Of a DNA stretch of 64,000 nt, positions 1 through 12,157 are shown piece by piece; within the stretch, counting starts at the first letter, position 1; each line of letters begins with the position of its first letter. The DNA comes from Selaginella moellendorffii (taxonomy: Eukaryota; Plantae; Lycopodiophyta). The stretch is taken from NCBI RefSeq assembly GCF_000143415.4, contig NW_003314280.1:1-64000 (forward strand), given 5' to 3'. Made by a program: the position numbers and the translations under genes. Below the pieces are notes generated by a model that saw only the letters and a list, made by a program, of their open reading frames with translations, searched no databases and had not been told where the DNA came from.

Positions 1-828
1 GACAAATTACTACTTACAAAAATACTCAAACCAGTGTGGTGTGAGTGAGTGACTAGTAATTCATGCAATTGTCCCGATTCTGTGAGAAAAACTAGAAGTA
101 CTCTAGAGGTTCACATAGTAACTAACATGTTACGACATGTCAACCCTCAGTCTATAGTTTGAGCAGCATTAGTTTGGAACATGCAAACACCTGCGTGATC
201 CTCTTACCAATTCGAAACATTCTTTACATAGTCTGTGTGACATGAGAATGTCTCACACATCTGCACAAGAAATTGCCAAAAAAACTCCTGCATACATGAA
301 GTCTGCAGAAAAAAATGTGTGCCAGGAGTAGATGTTTCTTCTTCAGGTTGCTAAATGGACTGCAAAAGACCAAGTATCTTTTATGTATTTGCAAAGTTAC
401 GTATGCTCTCAGTAGGACTTCGAACTCAAGACCTATTATCTTATTTTCATATTATATCTAAGTTAGAGTCCTTTTAGATTAAGCTTCCTTGACTTTGTGC
501 TCAACACAATTCCACCCATTGGTTTATTCTTCTCTTTCTTTGTCTTTATTTCCTTGTCATCCTCCTCCTTGTTGACAAGCTCCTGACAGTTTGAACACTC
601 GAATCTCTATGGCTTCCTTGGATCCTTTTGTTCACCTCCAATCTGATCTTGATGTTTGAAATTCCTATCAAGTGTTGGAGCAATTCAACACCACTCTTCA
701 GTCACAACTCTAGCAAGTTCTTCAGCAACAATAGTAGCCCCTTCCTTTAGGTCAAAGAATAGTATGCCAGCAAAATTTGATGGTATGCAGTTTGAAGTCT
801 GTGGCTTCCTCAACTAAGTTAGGTTTTG

Positions 829-1306
829 TGTTAGTTTTGTACCAGTTTTGATCATGTAGTCAATGTAAGGTAAGTTTAAGGGTAAATTAAAAATAGACTT
901 AGGGTAAAGAACTTAACCTACCCTAAGGGATCATAATGGTAGTGGCAGAGCTTTTGAGGTAGCTTAACGATGGTTGTGTGGTGAAAAACCTTAAGAGGAG
1001 GCATAGCATAGTTTAAGTGAGGCTGACTCTATCTTTGTTATTTTGCACTGGCTTATAACATTGGTATTAAAGGAGTTAGTTGTGATGGCCAACCAAAATG
1101 AATGCTAGAATCCTAATGTCAATAGTGGTGCTGACAGCAGTGTTGATGGAGTTTTTGAGGTTTGGATTATCCATAATGTTATTTATAAGCTACAAGTCTT
1201 CAACAAAAATCAACAAGAGATGCAAGAGGATGCTCTAAGTAAGACTTCCTTAGTGGATCGACTCAAGATTTCAACTTTTCCTGCTGATGGTGAGTGCCCA
1301 GCTTAG
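829..1306 (+). mobile_element. Decayed ~230-bp LTR plus PBS and start of gag (same family as 45129-54888), truncated
   Basis: Resembles the LTRs at 45129-45340 and 54655-54888; ends ...ataaca and is followed by ttggtattaaagg and the same leader seen after 45340. Left boundary approximate. Confidence 0.65.
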
Positions 1307-1319
1307 CTAACTATAGCAC

Positions 1320-2560
1320 ACGAGGTTTTTACCCTTTATCCTATGGTGATTTACCATAAGATAACCATGGAAGTGGAACCTAAACCCTCCATGTGCCACA
1401 TGTTGCATGCCACGTGTCCAAAGGACAGTGGTGTGGAACCTGAGTTTCAAGGCCTTGGGCCACTGAATGAAGAAATAGTGCCAAACTCCTAAGCATGGAG
1501 CCAAGGAGTGATAGAACCAAACCACAGAACAACTCCTGAGCATACAGCCCAAGGAGCATAGGGACAGGAGCCCGGAGCAACTTGGAACAGTCCTAGAGCA
1601 ACTAACATTCCAATTTTAGGACCAACACACAAAATGAAGCCAAATAGAGTCTAGTACTATTTCAGCATACCGATGGCCTAACACAAGGATAGGGGTACTC
1701 CACCAACTAACATGGTGTGGAGCTTGGGTTTAGACCCAAGCCAAACATAGAACAAGGACAAGCACGCAAGCAAGAGCGGCACTATGCCTCAGGTTGGTCG
1801 GCCATGCCCAACCTACCCACTATCCCTACTATACATTTGGAACCCCCTATAGCCCCCCTTTCCCGCTTTGAGGAACACACGCTTTGGGCTTTCACCCCAA
1901 ACCACCCTTAGTACCAAGAGTTAGTCTCTGGAACAAGCTCGAAACTTACTAATTATGGAATGGTGCTAGAATGCAAATTTGGACACGGGATGAACACCAT
2001 TGTGTTCAAAACAATCTTCTTGATCTAGCAATACCGACCTCTTGCTATCATGGTAGTAAGGAAAGAATATCCGAAAGGACTAGCTGACAGGTAACTTTTA
2101 ATACCTGAAGTCACATTCACGACACTCTCCCCCCTTAGGGAAGATCGACGTCCTCGTCGATGCATACTCTAGTCTAGAATACTGCCAAGGAAACAACTCC
2201 AGAAAAAGTTCACGGTATTCATATTATGTGAGAAATGCACCAACTTAAATGAGTTAGGGGTAACCTCTTTGTCTAACGCAGATGTGCTATCAACTCAGAC
2301 ACCTTCTAGCTGTCACCGACAAGGAAATGACCAATGGAGTTAGCCAATGGAGTTAGCAATGGAGTTAGCCAATGGAGTTAGCAACGGAGTTGCTACTCTG
2401 GGAGTCACCCTGCTTACAAAAGTGTGAAACGCCCCTGCCTACAAGGACATAGAGAGAGAAGCTAGAGGCCCCAACTGCCGAGCAAAGAAACCAAACCCGT
2501 TGGTAAAGTTTAGATAAACTACTGTAAATAGGTAGTTAAAGTGTAGTTAAGGCCTCATAA
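1320..2560 (-). mobile_element. Old LTR-retrotransposon fragment (LTR + polypurine tract), family recurring in the window
   Basis: Minus-strand PPT (ctctccccccctt on +, ~2125-2136) abuts TG at 2124. Similar sequence at ~36110-36595/44183-45128 and ~55420-55625/63465-63895. Boundaries approximate. Confidence 0.55.
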
Positions 2561-4256
2561 ATAAGAATGCACTCTCTTTTTTAATTAGTCTTGCGATACT
2601 TGGAGTTAAGTATCTTTGAGTTTAAATTCAAGAGCTTATATAAAGGTCTTCTAGATATAAAAGCTTTAGTGGCTATTTAAATGGATCTATGTGACATGGG
2701 TCTTTGATGGTGAAATTGGCTTCAAGAGTGTTGGAAAGGGAAGGAAGAATGGGCAAAAAGCAAGGGAAAATAATACCCAAGGACTATATTGAGAAGTTTA
2801 GTTTCTTGATTAGCTATGTTCCAATCAAGGGTCTAGATTAGAATAAGTCTTATTTCATTGATGGCCTTCACAATAAGAACATGAGGTAGCACTTGGATTA
2901 TTCGTAACCTATAAAGAGTTTAGAGGAGCTCTTTGATGTGGCCCATCAATTTGACAATAACAAATATAAGTCTTGCAAGCATTTGAGGAATTCTTTCATT
3001 GAGAATCATTATTATGATTGTTGTGGATACAAGGATGTGAATAAATATCACATGCTGAAGTCTGTGGTGGCTACTTTAGATGTGGTCAAAAATGTTTGTG
3101 AAGAATTATAGGTAAGGTTGTTATCATTATAGTGAGTTTAGATACTATAAGTTTGATTGTCCATACCTGAATAACAAACAATAGAGTAAAGAGAATGGTT
3201 AATATTTAATATACTAATGACAATAAGTGATACACTAAGTTCTAAAATTTATAGTGTAAGGATGACAAAAAACTGTTCCAATTAGAGAAAGAGGCTTTTG
3301 ATAATTGTTTGTCAACTCATGTATCGAACAAGATGGAAGTAAAATAAATCCATAAGTCCCAAAGTGGAGCTGAAGGTGAGCTATGTGACATTTGCCAAGG
3401 CAGAAGTCTAACAAATGTAACACATTTGGACCAAAAGCTCTTATTTGGAAAGTCAAGAGTGGGAATGGAACTCCCAAAGAAGTGCTTAAGGAACAAGTAT
3501 GAAGCAATTAATGAGTGAGTCTTTACAAAGGGATAAAGTAATGATGAATGTATGGCAAGTGTCATGACATATAGGAGTGTTGAGACCAAGTCCAAGACTG
3601 AGTCCGAGATCGAGTCTGAGATCAAGTCCGAGTTCGAGTCCAAGTCCAGGTCCAAGTCCCGAGTCTGAGGGTGAAAGCTCAAAGCAATCATCTTTTAGAC
3701 CTTGGGGGATTTCATAAGTCCCAGCAAGATAGTACAAGGAGGACTTCAATAGAACCAGCAAAGCAATGTTGAAGAAGATGTTGCAACAAGATCATTAAGG
3801 AGTTTCTTGAATTCTTGATTGCACCTAATCTATATGCAATTGCAAGAGCCCTGCCTGTAAGGAAGAGAAAAAATCAAGGGGAGGAGAGAGATGTTAGTAC
3901 TTTTGCTGTTTGCTGAATCCATGTGTGGTCAAATGGTTTTATCTCTCTCACACACACACATAAACAAAGGAGTATATGATGCCAGATGCTAGATGTAAAT
4001 AGCAGATTTAGATAAGGGAGTACTAGCTGGGATCCCAGCAAGATAGTATACCAGATTATTTATCGAGTTACAATTTATTATTATATTCATGAATAAACTT
4101 ATCTAGATCTTGACTTGGCATTAGAGAGAACATATGTTGCCAGGATCTAAGAAATGCTCAATAGTTCCTAGCAACACAAGAACTAGTGAGGAGTACTATC
4201 ATGGGTCAAAGATGAAACATTATTCTTATGTAGTTGATAAGTTGATAGTGAATACT

Positions 4257-4830
4257 TTATATGCAAATTATTGAAGTTAGAAAATCAGCTTGACAAGGAG
4301 GTTCACTAGCTAATTTGTTTCTTCCCACAATCTGTATATGCTCATTATAAATCTGATTTGATGTGAAATCCTGTTGAATCATATAAATCACCCAATGTTG
4401 AATATCTGGCAAAAGCTTTTGAGGAAATAATGATTTTCCTCTAGTCGAATCAAGTTGATGATGACAAGGAATCCCATTCTTATCACAGTGCTCTCTATGA
4501 TAATATGTAATTTGTATATAATCAAGCCATTTGTAAAACTGTTTGACCAAAAAATTGCAAAGGCAGCCCCGCTTGTTGGAACTTTGACTTAGTCTACTTC
4601 TAGGTCCTAACTTTGATGTAATTCAGCAAGCATATTGGATGTTTAACAAACATCTTATTTTCCATATTCACGTCAATACTTGTGTCAAAAAGTTAGTAAT
4701 TATATTCTGTTATAAAAAATATACCTGATTAATGATAAAAAGCTTGAATCAATATGAGGTTGAATTGATTGTTTACCTCTGGAAATTGATGTGTTGCTGC
4801 TGTGCTTCATTATGGAAAAACCATGAAATT
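4257..4830 (-). pseudogene. MULE/FAR1-like transposase N-terminal fragment
   Basis: Translation SKRGCLCNFLVKQ...YYHREHCDKNGIPCH resembles the WRKY-GCM1-type Zn finger of Mutator-like transposases; no catalytic core seen. Confidence 0.45.
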
Positions 4831-5199
4831 TTTTAGGTCAATTATGATCATGAAATTTAAGTGTTGGGGCAACTAGCCATGTGGAACAGCAACAGCGTGA
4901 ATTTAGCCAAGTGTTGGGCCTCTGGCCATGTGGAAAACAATTAGGGCACATACTGGGTATGGGTGGATATATAGGCAGATGGGTGGGAGTACAGGTGGGA
5001 GCTGTGAGTGGGGTAGGGCGGGTGGGAGCAACAGATGGGAAAGCAAGGGTGTAGTGGCAACAGACATGAGAGGGAGTGTGCTGACAAACAAACAAAAAGA
5101 AGGCCTCATGCCACATCATTGCTAGGTAAGCAGAGAGAGAGAGAGAGTGACTCAGGATGGTGTTTAACAAGAGGCATTAACTTACCTTAAGTATGCTTA

Positions 5200-5930
5200 G
5201 TGACAGAGTTGAGATGTGATCTATATAAGTCTTCTAGTCTTTAGCAAAACATTGGAGCTTCATGGAACTAAGAGCTGGCATTTCAAAAGTTGCAAGAAAA
5301 TAAACTACATGCTAAGGAGAGTAAATGTACTTTTGATCAATTGCATATGAACTTTCTTGAGCATATAGTTGGTGGTGGTGTAATTGAGGTGGACCTAAAG
5401 AAAGTGGAAGATGTTCACTATATCAGATACTCCTTCTTTTCTCAGTTTAGCGGGATACTATCATAAGTTTCTTTGCAATTTTGCAAGTATTGCTCTTCTA
5501 TTGACTGAATTAACAAAGGGTAGTATACCGTTTATTAAACACTAGCTTGTCAGTGTGCTTTTGTATGGTTGAAGGAGATCTTGATTACAGTTCCTACTCT
5601 CAAGATCCCAGATCATGATAAACCTTTTGAAATGCATTGTGATGCATTTGGCTATGCTATACATGCCATGTTGCAGCAAAATTGTAATAATGCGGTTGGT
5701 ATTATGCTAAAGTGATGTAGTTATCCCATAGTATTTTATTCCAAGAAATTTGATGAAACCCAATGAAGATAGCCAATGCACAATAGATAGTAACACATTG
5801 AGCTACTTTGCAATGTAGCCAAAGCTTATGCTAAAGCAAGCTCGTTGGCAAGAGAAGCTTGCTAGATTCAATATTGAAATCAAATATAAACCTAGTAAAA
5901 AAAATATTATTCTAGATGAGTTAAGTCATC
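5200..5930 (+). pseudogene. Highly decayed Gypsy RT/RNase H fragment
   Basis: Remnant motifs FLEHIVGGG..VDLKKV, LAGYYHKF, KPFEMHCDAFGYAI, IKYKP with many stops. Confidence 0.65.
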
Positions 5931-6174
5931 AGGCTCAGTTCCAAGCAATATTGGCATGATAAAGAGTTCATTAGATGAGATTGAGTCCAAGATCAACTCT
6001 GAGATTGACTTCAAGACTGAGTTCGATACCGAGTTTAAGATCAAGTCTGAGACTGACTCTGTGACAGAGTTTGAGACCGATTTCAAGACCGAGTCCGAGA
6101 TCCAAGACTGGGTCCAAGACTGAGTTAGAGATTGAGATATGGACACCCTTGGTTAGAAGGGTTGGCTTGGGCCA

Positions 6175-6858
6175 TGTTAGGATCTTATCCCTTACACCCT
6201 AAGCCAACTGGCTAAAGGGGTGATCACTTGATTGCAGGGCCCTTTCTTTATCCTATTATCCTGACCTGGTGCCTAACAATCCTCCCCCTCGTCAGGGAAT
6301 GATCGTCCACGATCATATTTAGGCCACCATCCGGTCACCATGGTCCTTCTCTTAGGGTTTACCAAACCTTGGTTCTCCCTCTAGATCCACCATGTTGAAT
6401 ATTCCTTTAGAATATTCTTGCCCCACTCGTCAGCCACGAGAATCAAACTGGGCTCCGATACCAATGTTAGGATCCTATCCCTTACACCCTAAGCCAACTG
6501 GCTAAAGGGGTGATCACTTGATTGCAGGGCCCTTTCTTTATCCTATTATCCTGACCTGGTGCCTAACAATCCTCCCCCTCGTCAAGGAATGATCGTCCGC
6601 GATCATATTTAGGCCACCATCCGGTCACCATGGTCCTTCTCTTAGGGTCTACCAAACCTTGGTTCTCCCTCTAAATCCACCATGTTGAATATTCCTTTAG
6701 AATATTCTTGCCCCACTCGTCAGCCACGAGAATCGAACTGGGCTCCGATACCAATGTTAGGATCTTATCCCTTACACCCTAAGCCAACTGGCTAAAGGGG
6801 TGATCACTTGATTGCAGGGCCCTTTCTTTATCCTATTATCCTGACCTGGTGCCTAATA
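6175..6858 (-). mobile_element. Tandem TRIM (three 104-bp LTRs, two internal regions)
   Basis: LTRs at 6175-6278, 6465-6568, 6755-6858 (TGTTAG...CTAACA; third ends TAATA). Minus-strand PBS tggtatcggagc and PPT gagggggaggat. 5-bp TSD GGCCA at 6170-6174 and 6859-6863. Confidence 0.92.
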
Positions 6859-8196
6859 GGCCAAGTATAGGGATGCCTTTGAGGTTGTGGTCAACATCTC
6901 AAAGATAATTTAGTGCTTATTGGTAAACATGTTGAGGTATCTATATGGGATCACAAGGTGATTTTATGGTTGGTTAAAATAAACTTCTTACTAAGTGAAG
7001 AAATAAAATTTTCTAGTTCAAAGTAGTGATTTGAATAAATAGTATGATATCACTTGGTCAAAGCCACCAAGTGGAAAGGACACTTAAGGTGAAATTGTCT
7101 AGTATTGTGAGTTAAGAAAGTATTCTCCAAAGAAGGACCATGAAAGAGTCAAAAGATTGGATTGTTGTGCCAATAGGGGTATGTATTGGCAAAACTGACT
7201 GAAGGGTGAATACCTAATATACTAATCAAAATAGTCTTTAGTGAACGTCCTTAATGAGAGTCCATAACCACCAAAAAATAAGTATCTAGTACCTTTTTAG
7301 CATTAAAGATTTGGGACTCTAACTCAACCCTTGCATATGTATCTATAGATAGCATTACATAGAATGTCTAGCTTGGCTCACCATGCTTGTGCACCAAACT
7401 TATTCATTTATGCACTAAAAGTTACAACTTAGGAAACTTATTCCTCCCACCTTGCAAGTTATCTCACTTGACAAGTTATATGATTAATATATTATCATAT
7501 ATAACCTTCTCCATACTTGGCTTCATAGGCCTTCCTTTATAAAGTTAACATCTTGAATTAGGAACCTTGTTCCTTTAACTTGTCATACCACCTAGCTAAT
7601 ATAGAATGGTTCATAACATATATAAGTCCTTAAATTAATTTATCTTGATGATACCAACTTTCGTTTAAAACCATCCCCTTTGAACATGTGGGAATTACTT
7701 TCCCAGCCTTGATAGGCTCACTTTATTGCAAGCTTAAAAAATATGCTTTTGCTATATTACTCTGATTATACATACTTATGAAGCATTTATATTTAACTTC
7801 CTGAGTACTAGCTTACTCAAAATTTCCCTTGAGAAATTGAAAGAACAAAATTGCCCTTTAGCTTGTTAAGGCCTTTATTTTCATAAAGTTTTTATCTGCC
7901 ATCCAATCTAATATAGACACTTCTATGCTTTAGGCTTTACATAGTATTATGTTTATAAGTAGAAAATCTCAAGCCCATACTTAATTCCCCACTCCCAAAT
8001 TGCATAACTATTCCTAATTATATCTCTTCATTCTTATGGTTCAGTTTTATCCTTTTAATATTTGCTCTTGGTTCTACACATTCCATGCTAGAAAGTAAGA
8101 TTTGCACTCACTACTTGCACCTAAGCAAATATTCTTAGGGTAAACCTACTCATTGACTAACTTGTAATCCCACATATCAGAATAAAACCTATTACT

Positions 8197-8220
8197 AAGC
8201 TCTATTTTGTTAAAGTGGGA
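8197..8220 (+). repeat. Left terminal inverted repeat
   Basis: aagctctattttgttaaagtggga; reverse complement of 34414-34437 with one mismatch. Confidence 0.88.
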
Positions 8221-8687
8221 ATTGTCATTATCCCACTTGTAAAATAAGGTTTCCAAACCTTTATATAGTATATAAATATAACAAAATTCAACTGCATTGA
8301 GGCACATGCCATTTTATTTTAAACAAGGAAATGTCTACTCAATCACTTCTCCTCCCCCTGCCACTGCTTCACCTCTCTCTTCTCCTTGTCATCGTCGTCC
8401 AATTTCTTTCCATCCTTTTAATATTGGCTCAGTTGCTCCGAGTCTAGGTGGAGCCCAAGTCCCCATTCAATCTTTACTTTCCCCTTATTAATAAAACAAC
8501 TTTGTAAACTTCCAATAACATGCTATAACACTTCTAGTATAATGCAAATCCTCTCAAAGAATTGTCTTTTAATATTAATACAATGGCATGGAACCCCATG
8601 CCATAATAAGTTACATTTTAAAATAAATACATGCCATCTCAGACTGTTATTTTTTGCCTCCAATGCCTATACAATAATCTTGGAATT

Positions 8688-9520
8688 TCATCTCTCCACA
8701 CTATCAGGATTTATACCCAATAGTAATGCCATCTCTTCTCTAATACGTCCACGCTCATGTTCAGTGGTCGAAGAACCCATCCGGTTGAGCAGATTATGGA
8801 GATGTGGATAGTGCTTGGCTAGACAATATACATGCCATAAATGATGACTGGTGTCTGTCCAATCAAATGGCTTCTGATATACTGTTCCATCTGCCATTTG
8901 GCTGATTTCTGCAGCCACCTCCTGGACTGGCTGGTTCTCTATCACCATCGCTCCAAGCCGTTTTGCAAGGTCCCCCAGAACATACGGTTTCTTCTCCCTA
9001 GTTTCCATACTGCAAGAGATGGGGTGCACTGCATATGTGTGCGTGTTCGCTGTAGTTTTAATCGGCGAGTCATCGATGATGAGGATTTCACTTGACCTAG
9101 CAGTCCGGTTCATCACTACAGCCTCTGGCTTGATGAAGATGGGCTTGCTACCCCTCACATGGACCATAGTCAAGCAATCCTCCTGTGTTAGGAGAAAGTC
9201 AAATGGTAATATTACTCGCGTCTGATCGTGCATCATCTGTAGCAACGTTAATGCATTGTGGCGCATCATGGATGTCCAAACTCCCAATTACAAATTGAAC
9301 CCGGCCTCTGTTTTAAGTGTCGCATGGTCATTATTAGATCCCGCAGTTTCTCCCATGTGATTAATGTGAATCTGTCTCTTTTGACCAACTTGCGACCGCA
9401 GGCTTTGGAGGGTGCAGTGACATTCGAGGACGAGCCACGCTCATGGGAGAAAAGGACACCGTTCAGATCAAAAACGATACAGTACCTTTGCCGTGACTCT
9501 GAAATGAAATGCGTCAGCAT
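8688..9520 (-). pseudogene. FCP1/NIF-like HAD phosphatase-homology domain (frameshifted), 3' end of the cargo gene or a separate cargo gene
   Basis: ORF 9266-9520 has IVFDLNGVL (HAD motif I-like). ORF 8688-9287 has VWTSMMRHNA, LLTQEDC and ILIIDDSPIK, typical of FCP1-homology domains. Confidence 0.7.
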
Positions 9521-12107
9521 AAAAAATGGTACAAGTCAATTTTACCATCTACAATATTAGCGAATGGTGCTCCCGATGGTCGTTGAGAGGGTTTTGGTCG
9601 AGGAAACGTGAAGGGCGGAAATACTCTCCTCTGCAATGTGGGGTCAATCGCATTCGATGGCGTGTGGGCACATGCTATTTCAGCTGTAGACTCTGGTACA
9701 ACTGGCTCAACAGTGGCATGGGGTGGTTCCGATGGCGTGTGATCACACGCCATTTCAGCTGGTGCCTCCGTTGGCAAAGTGGACATGACCGAACAGGCAG
9801 CAGGGGCGGTGTAGGGAGGTTCCAACAGCGCGTAGTCAGACGATTGGGCACACGTTGAGTCTGTTGGAAATGAGGATACGACCGGCTCGGCGGCAGGGGC
9901 GGTCTCATGCAGATCCAATGGCGCTTGGTCACTATCAGTTGGATACGTGGACAAGATTGACTCAGTGGTATGGGCAGCATCAAGTGGAGCGTGGTCAGCT
10001 TGCTTGGCGTTGATATGGATAGTAGCCTCCACCAGCTCTGATGACTCTTGTAGGCAAGTAGAGTCCACTGGCGGATCCATATGCATGTCCAAATATCTCC
10101 CTTCGATTGAGATGGTATCCTCCCGTGCTACTAAAAACAAACTCATTAGCACATTGAATCGACTATACTGTATTTACCATCAACTGCTATTGAGGAACTA
10201 GGACCGATATCACTTGGGCGCACTGCTGATTTTGAAGGATTGGATATACGTTTCGACCCTTGCTTGGCACTATCCTTCCTCGACACTAAAGGCTAGAGTT
10301 TGTATCTTAATTCAACTGAATAATCTCTACTTACCATTTGTTCTACGACCTACATGGACAATGTTAGAAATGGTAAAAGGTTAGGAATGGATGTACTATT
10401 ATTTACCTGATGGTTTGTCTTGTATGACCTTCCTCCGCTGCTCTTTGGCCACCTCAGGCTGGCCATCGTCGTCATCATCGTCGTCGTTGTTATTGTGATC
10501 GTCACCATTGTGAGGACCATCCAAGTCCTCTTCGTCCTCCTCTTCTTCGTCCTCCTCTTCTTTGTCCTCCTCTTCGTCCTTCTGCTCTTCCTGCTCATTA
10601 TCTTTCTCTGGCTCCTCATCCCCCTCCTGCATTTCTTCCATAGGCTACTCAGGCTGGATGGCTTGTTCTTCCAGGACCATCTTGGGAAAATCATCTGGCC
10701 GAGTTTCCATCTCAAAATACAAGACATCCATAGCTTGTTTTAGTGCGTGACCTAGGACCGTATCCTCACCTGACTGTCTTAACATGGTTTCTGCATGTTC
10801 TTGCACCCTTCGAAGACGACGAGATGAGAAAAATGTGGCCCTGACTTGAAAAGCATCCCTCATCCATTGTACCTCTCCATTGAGATTGGGGAAGGGGAGT
10901 CCGCCATAGGAATCTGAGTCAGGAGGTGGTGACTGGCTGCTTTCACTCAGCCCTTGATCTGCAATGAATGGCATGAGCACACACGCCATAATCGCGAGGC
11001 ATTACCTATCATCTTTTTGTTGCCCTTCTTCCTTTTCGAATCAAACGCCTCTGATCCCGACGACTATCCAACGTGCTTTCGCTTTTTATGACCACTATCA
11101 GTTTGAGCTTGATCTGCAAGAAATGGCATGAGGACCCACGCAATAACCATGACGCTTTACTTCCCGTCCTTGGAGGCTCTGTCGTGCCTTCCGCATCCTC
11201 AGGTGCCTGCTCCTCAATTCCCTTTCGCTTTCATTTCTTATGCGCCCGTTCTACAGAAATAGCATGAGGACATACGCGATAAGCACACAAATGCTTTTAC
11301 CCTTCCTCCTCTGCCTTGGTCGGTTGTCCATCTCTTTGTCTACAGCGTCTGAAAGCTGTTTTGCAGGTAGCCTAATTCGAGGTTCATGACGTCTCCTTGG
11401 CACTTGAACTGTATATTATTGCATCAACACATGCGACATCCCATAATATTTTTAAGTTACCTTTCATAAAGTTTTCCATTGGTTCAACTCGTTCCCCTGA
11501 AATACAAACTTAGATAAGTGCATGGGGCCATATGTCATGATCGTACCTGTTTCGGAACTCTCCTTATCACTCTCCGAGGTCTCCCCCTCCTCCACTAAAG
11601 GCACGTTGTTCCGTTCGATTTCCTCGACGCGATCTGCAAGAACATTAGTTAATTGGGTGGGGCCACACGCCATCAAACCTTCAGGTTCTTGTCGTGAGGT
11701 CTGCGTTGCTTGCCCTAGTCTCTTTGGAATTTGAGCTGCAAGAAGCAATGGCATGAGAATTCACGTATAACAAAAATGATTAGTACCTCTCGTCCGTTGT
11801 ACTTGGCTGGTGCTTGCCTGTTTTGCCTTTGAAGAAGTGTCTCCTGCAAGGAATGGCATGAGACCACATGCCATTGCAAATATAATTTGTACCTCCTTTT
11901 TTCCTATTGCTTGTCTATTTGTCCTTCTTCGACGCGCCACCAATGCGCTTTTCAGTCCTTGTGTCTGAATATTCACAACGATCTATAATCAAAATGGCGT
12001 GAGGCCTCACGTGACCTTACCTTGTGCAGGTTGTGAGCTTGGCCCAACATGGGTATCTTCAACAGTAGCTGTTAACGCCGTTTCAGCATCTGGGGGTGGC
12101 CATGCTT
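9514..12107 (-). pseudogene. Multi-exon low-complexity/acidic linker region of the cargo gene
   Basis: Series of short exons bounded by GT...YAG introns of ~50 nt (e.g. 12108-12157); E/D-rich stretch ~10470-10640 and P/T/A-rich ORF 9514-10152. Confidence 0.6.
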
Positions 12108-12157
12108 CTGCATACAGAGCTTTTGAGATAACATTTAAACTTAAAGTCCGTACTCAC

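Noticed and set aside
250-810. Possible minus-strand exon remnants
   Set aside because: Interrupted by stops and no recognisable motif; cannot be classified.
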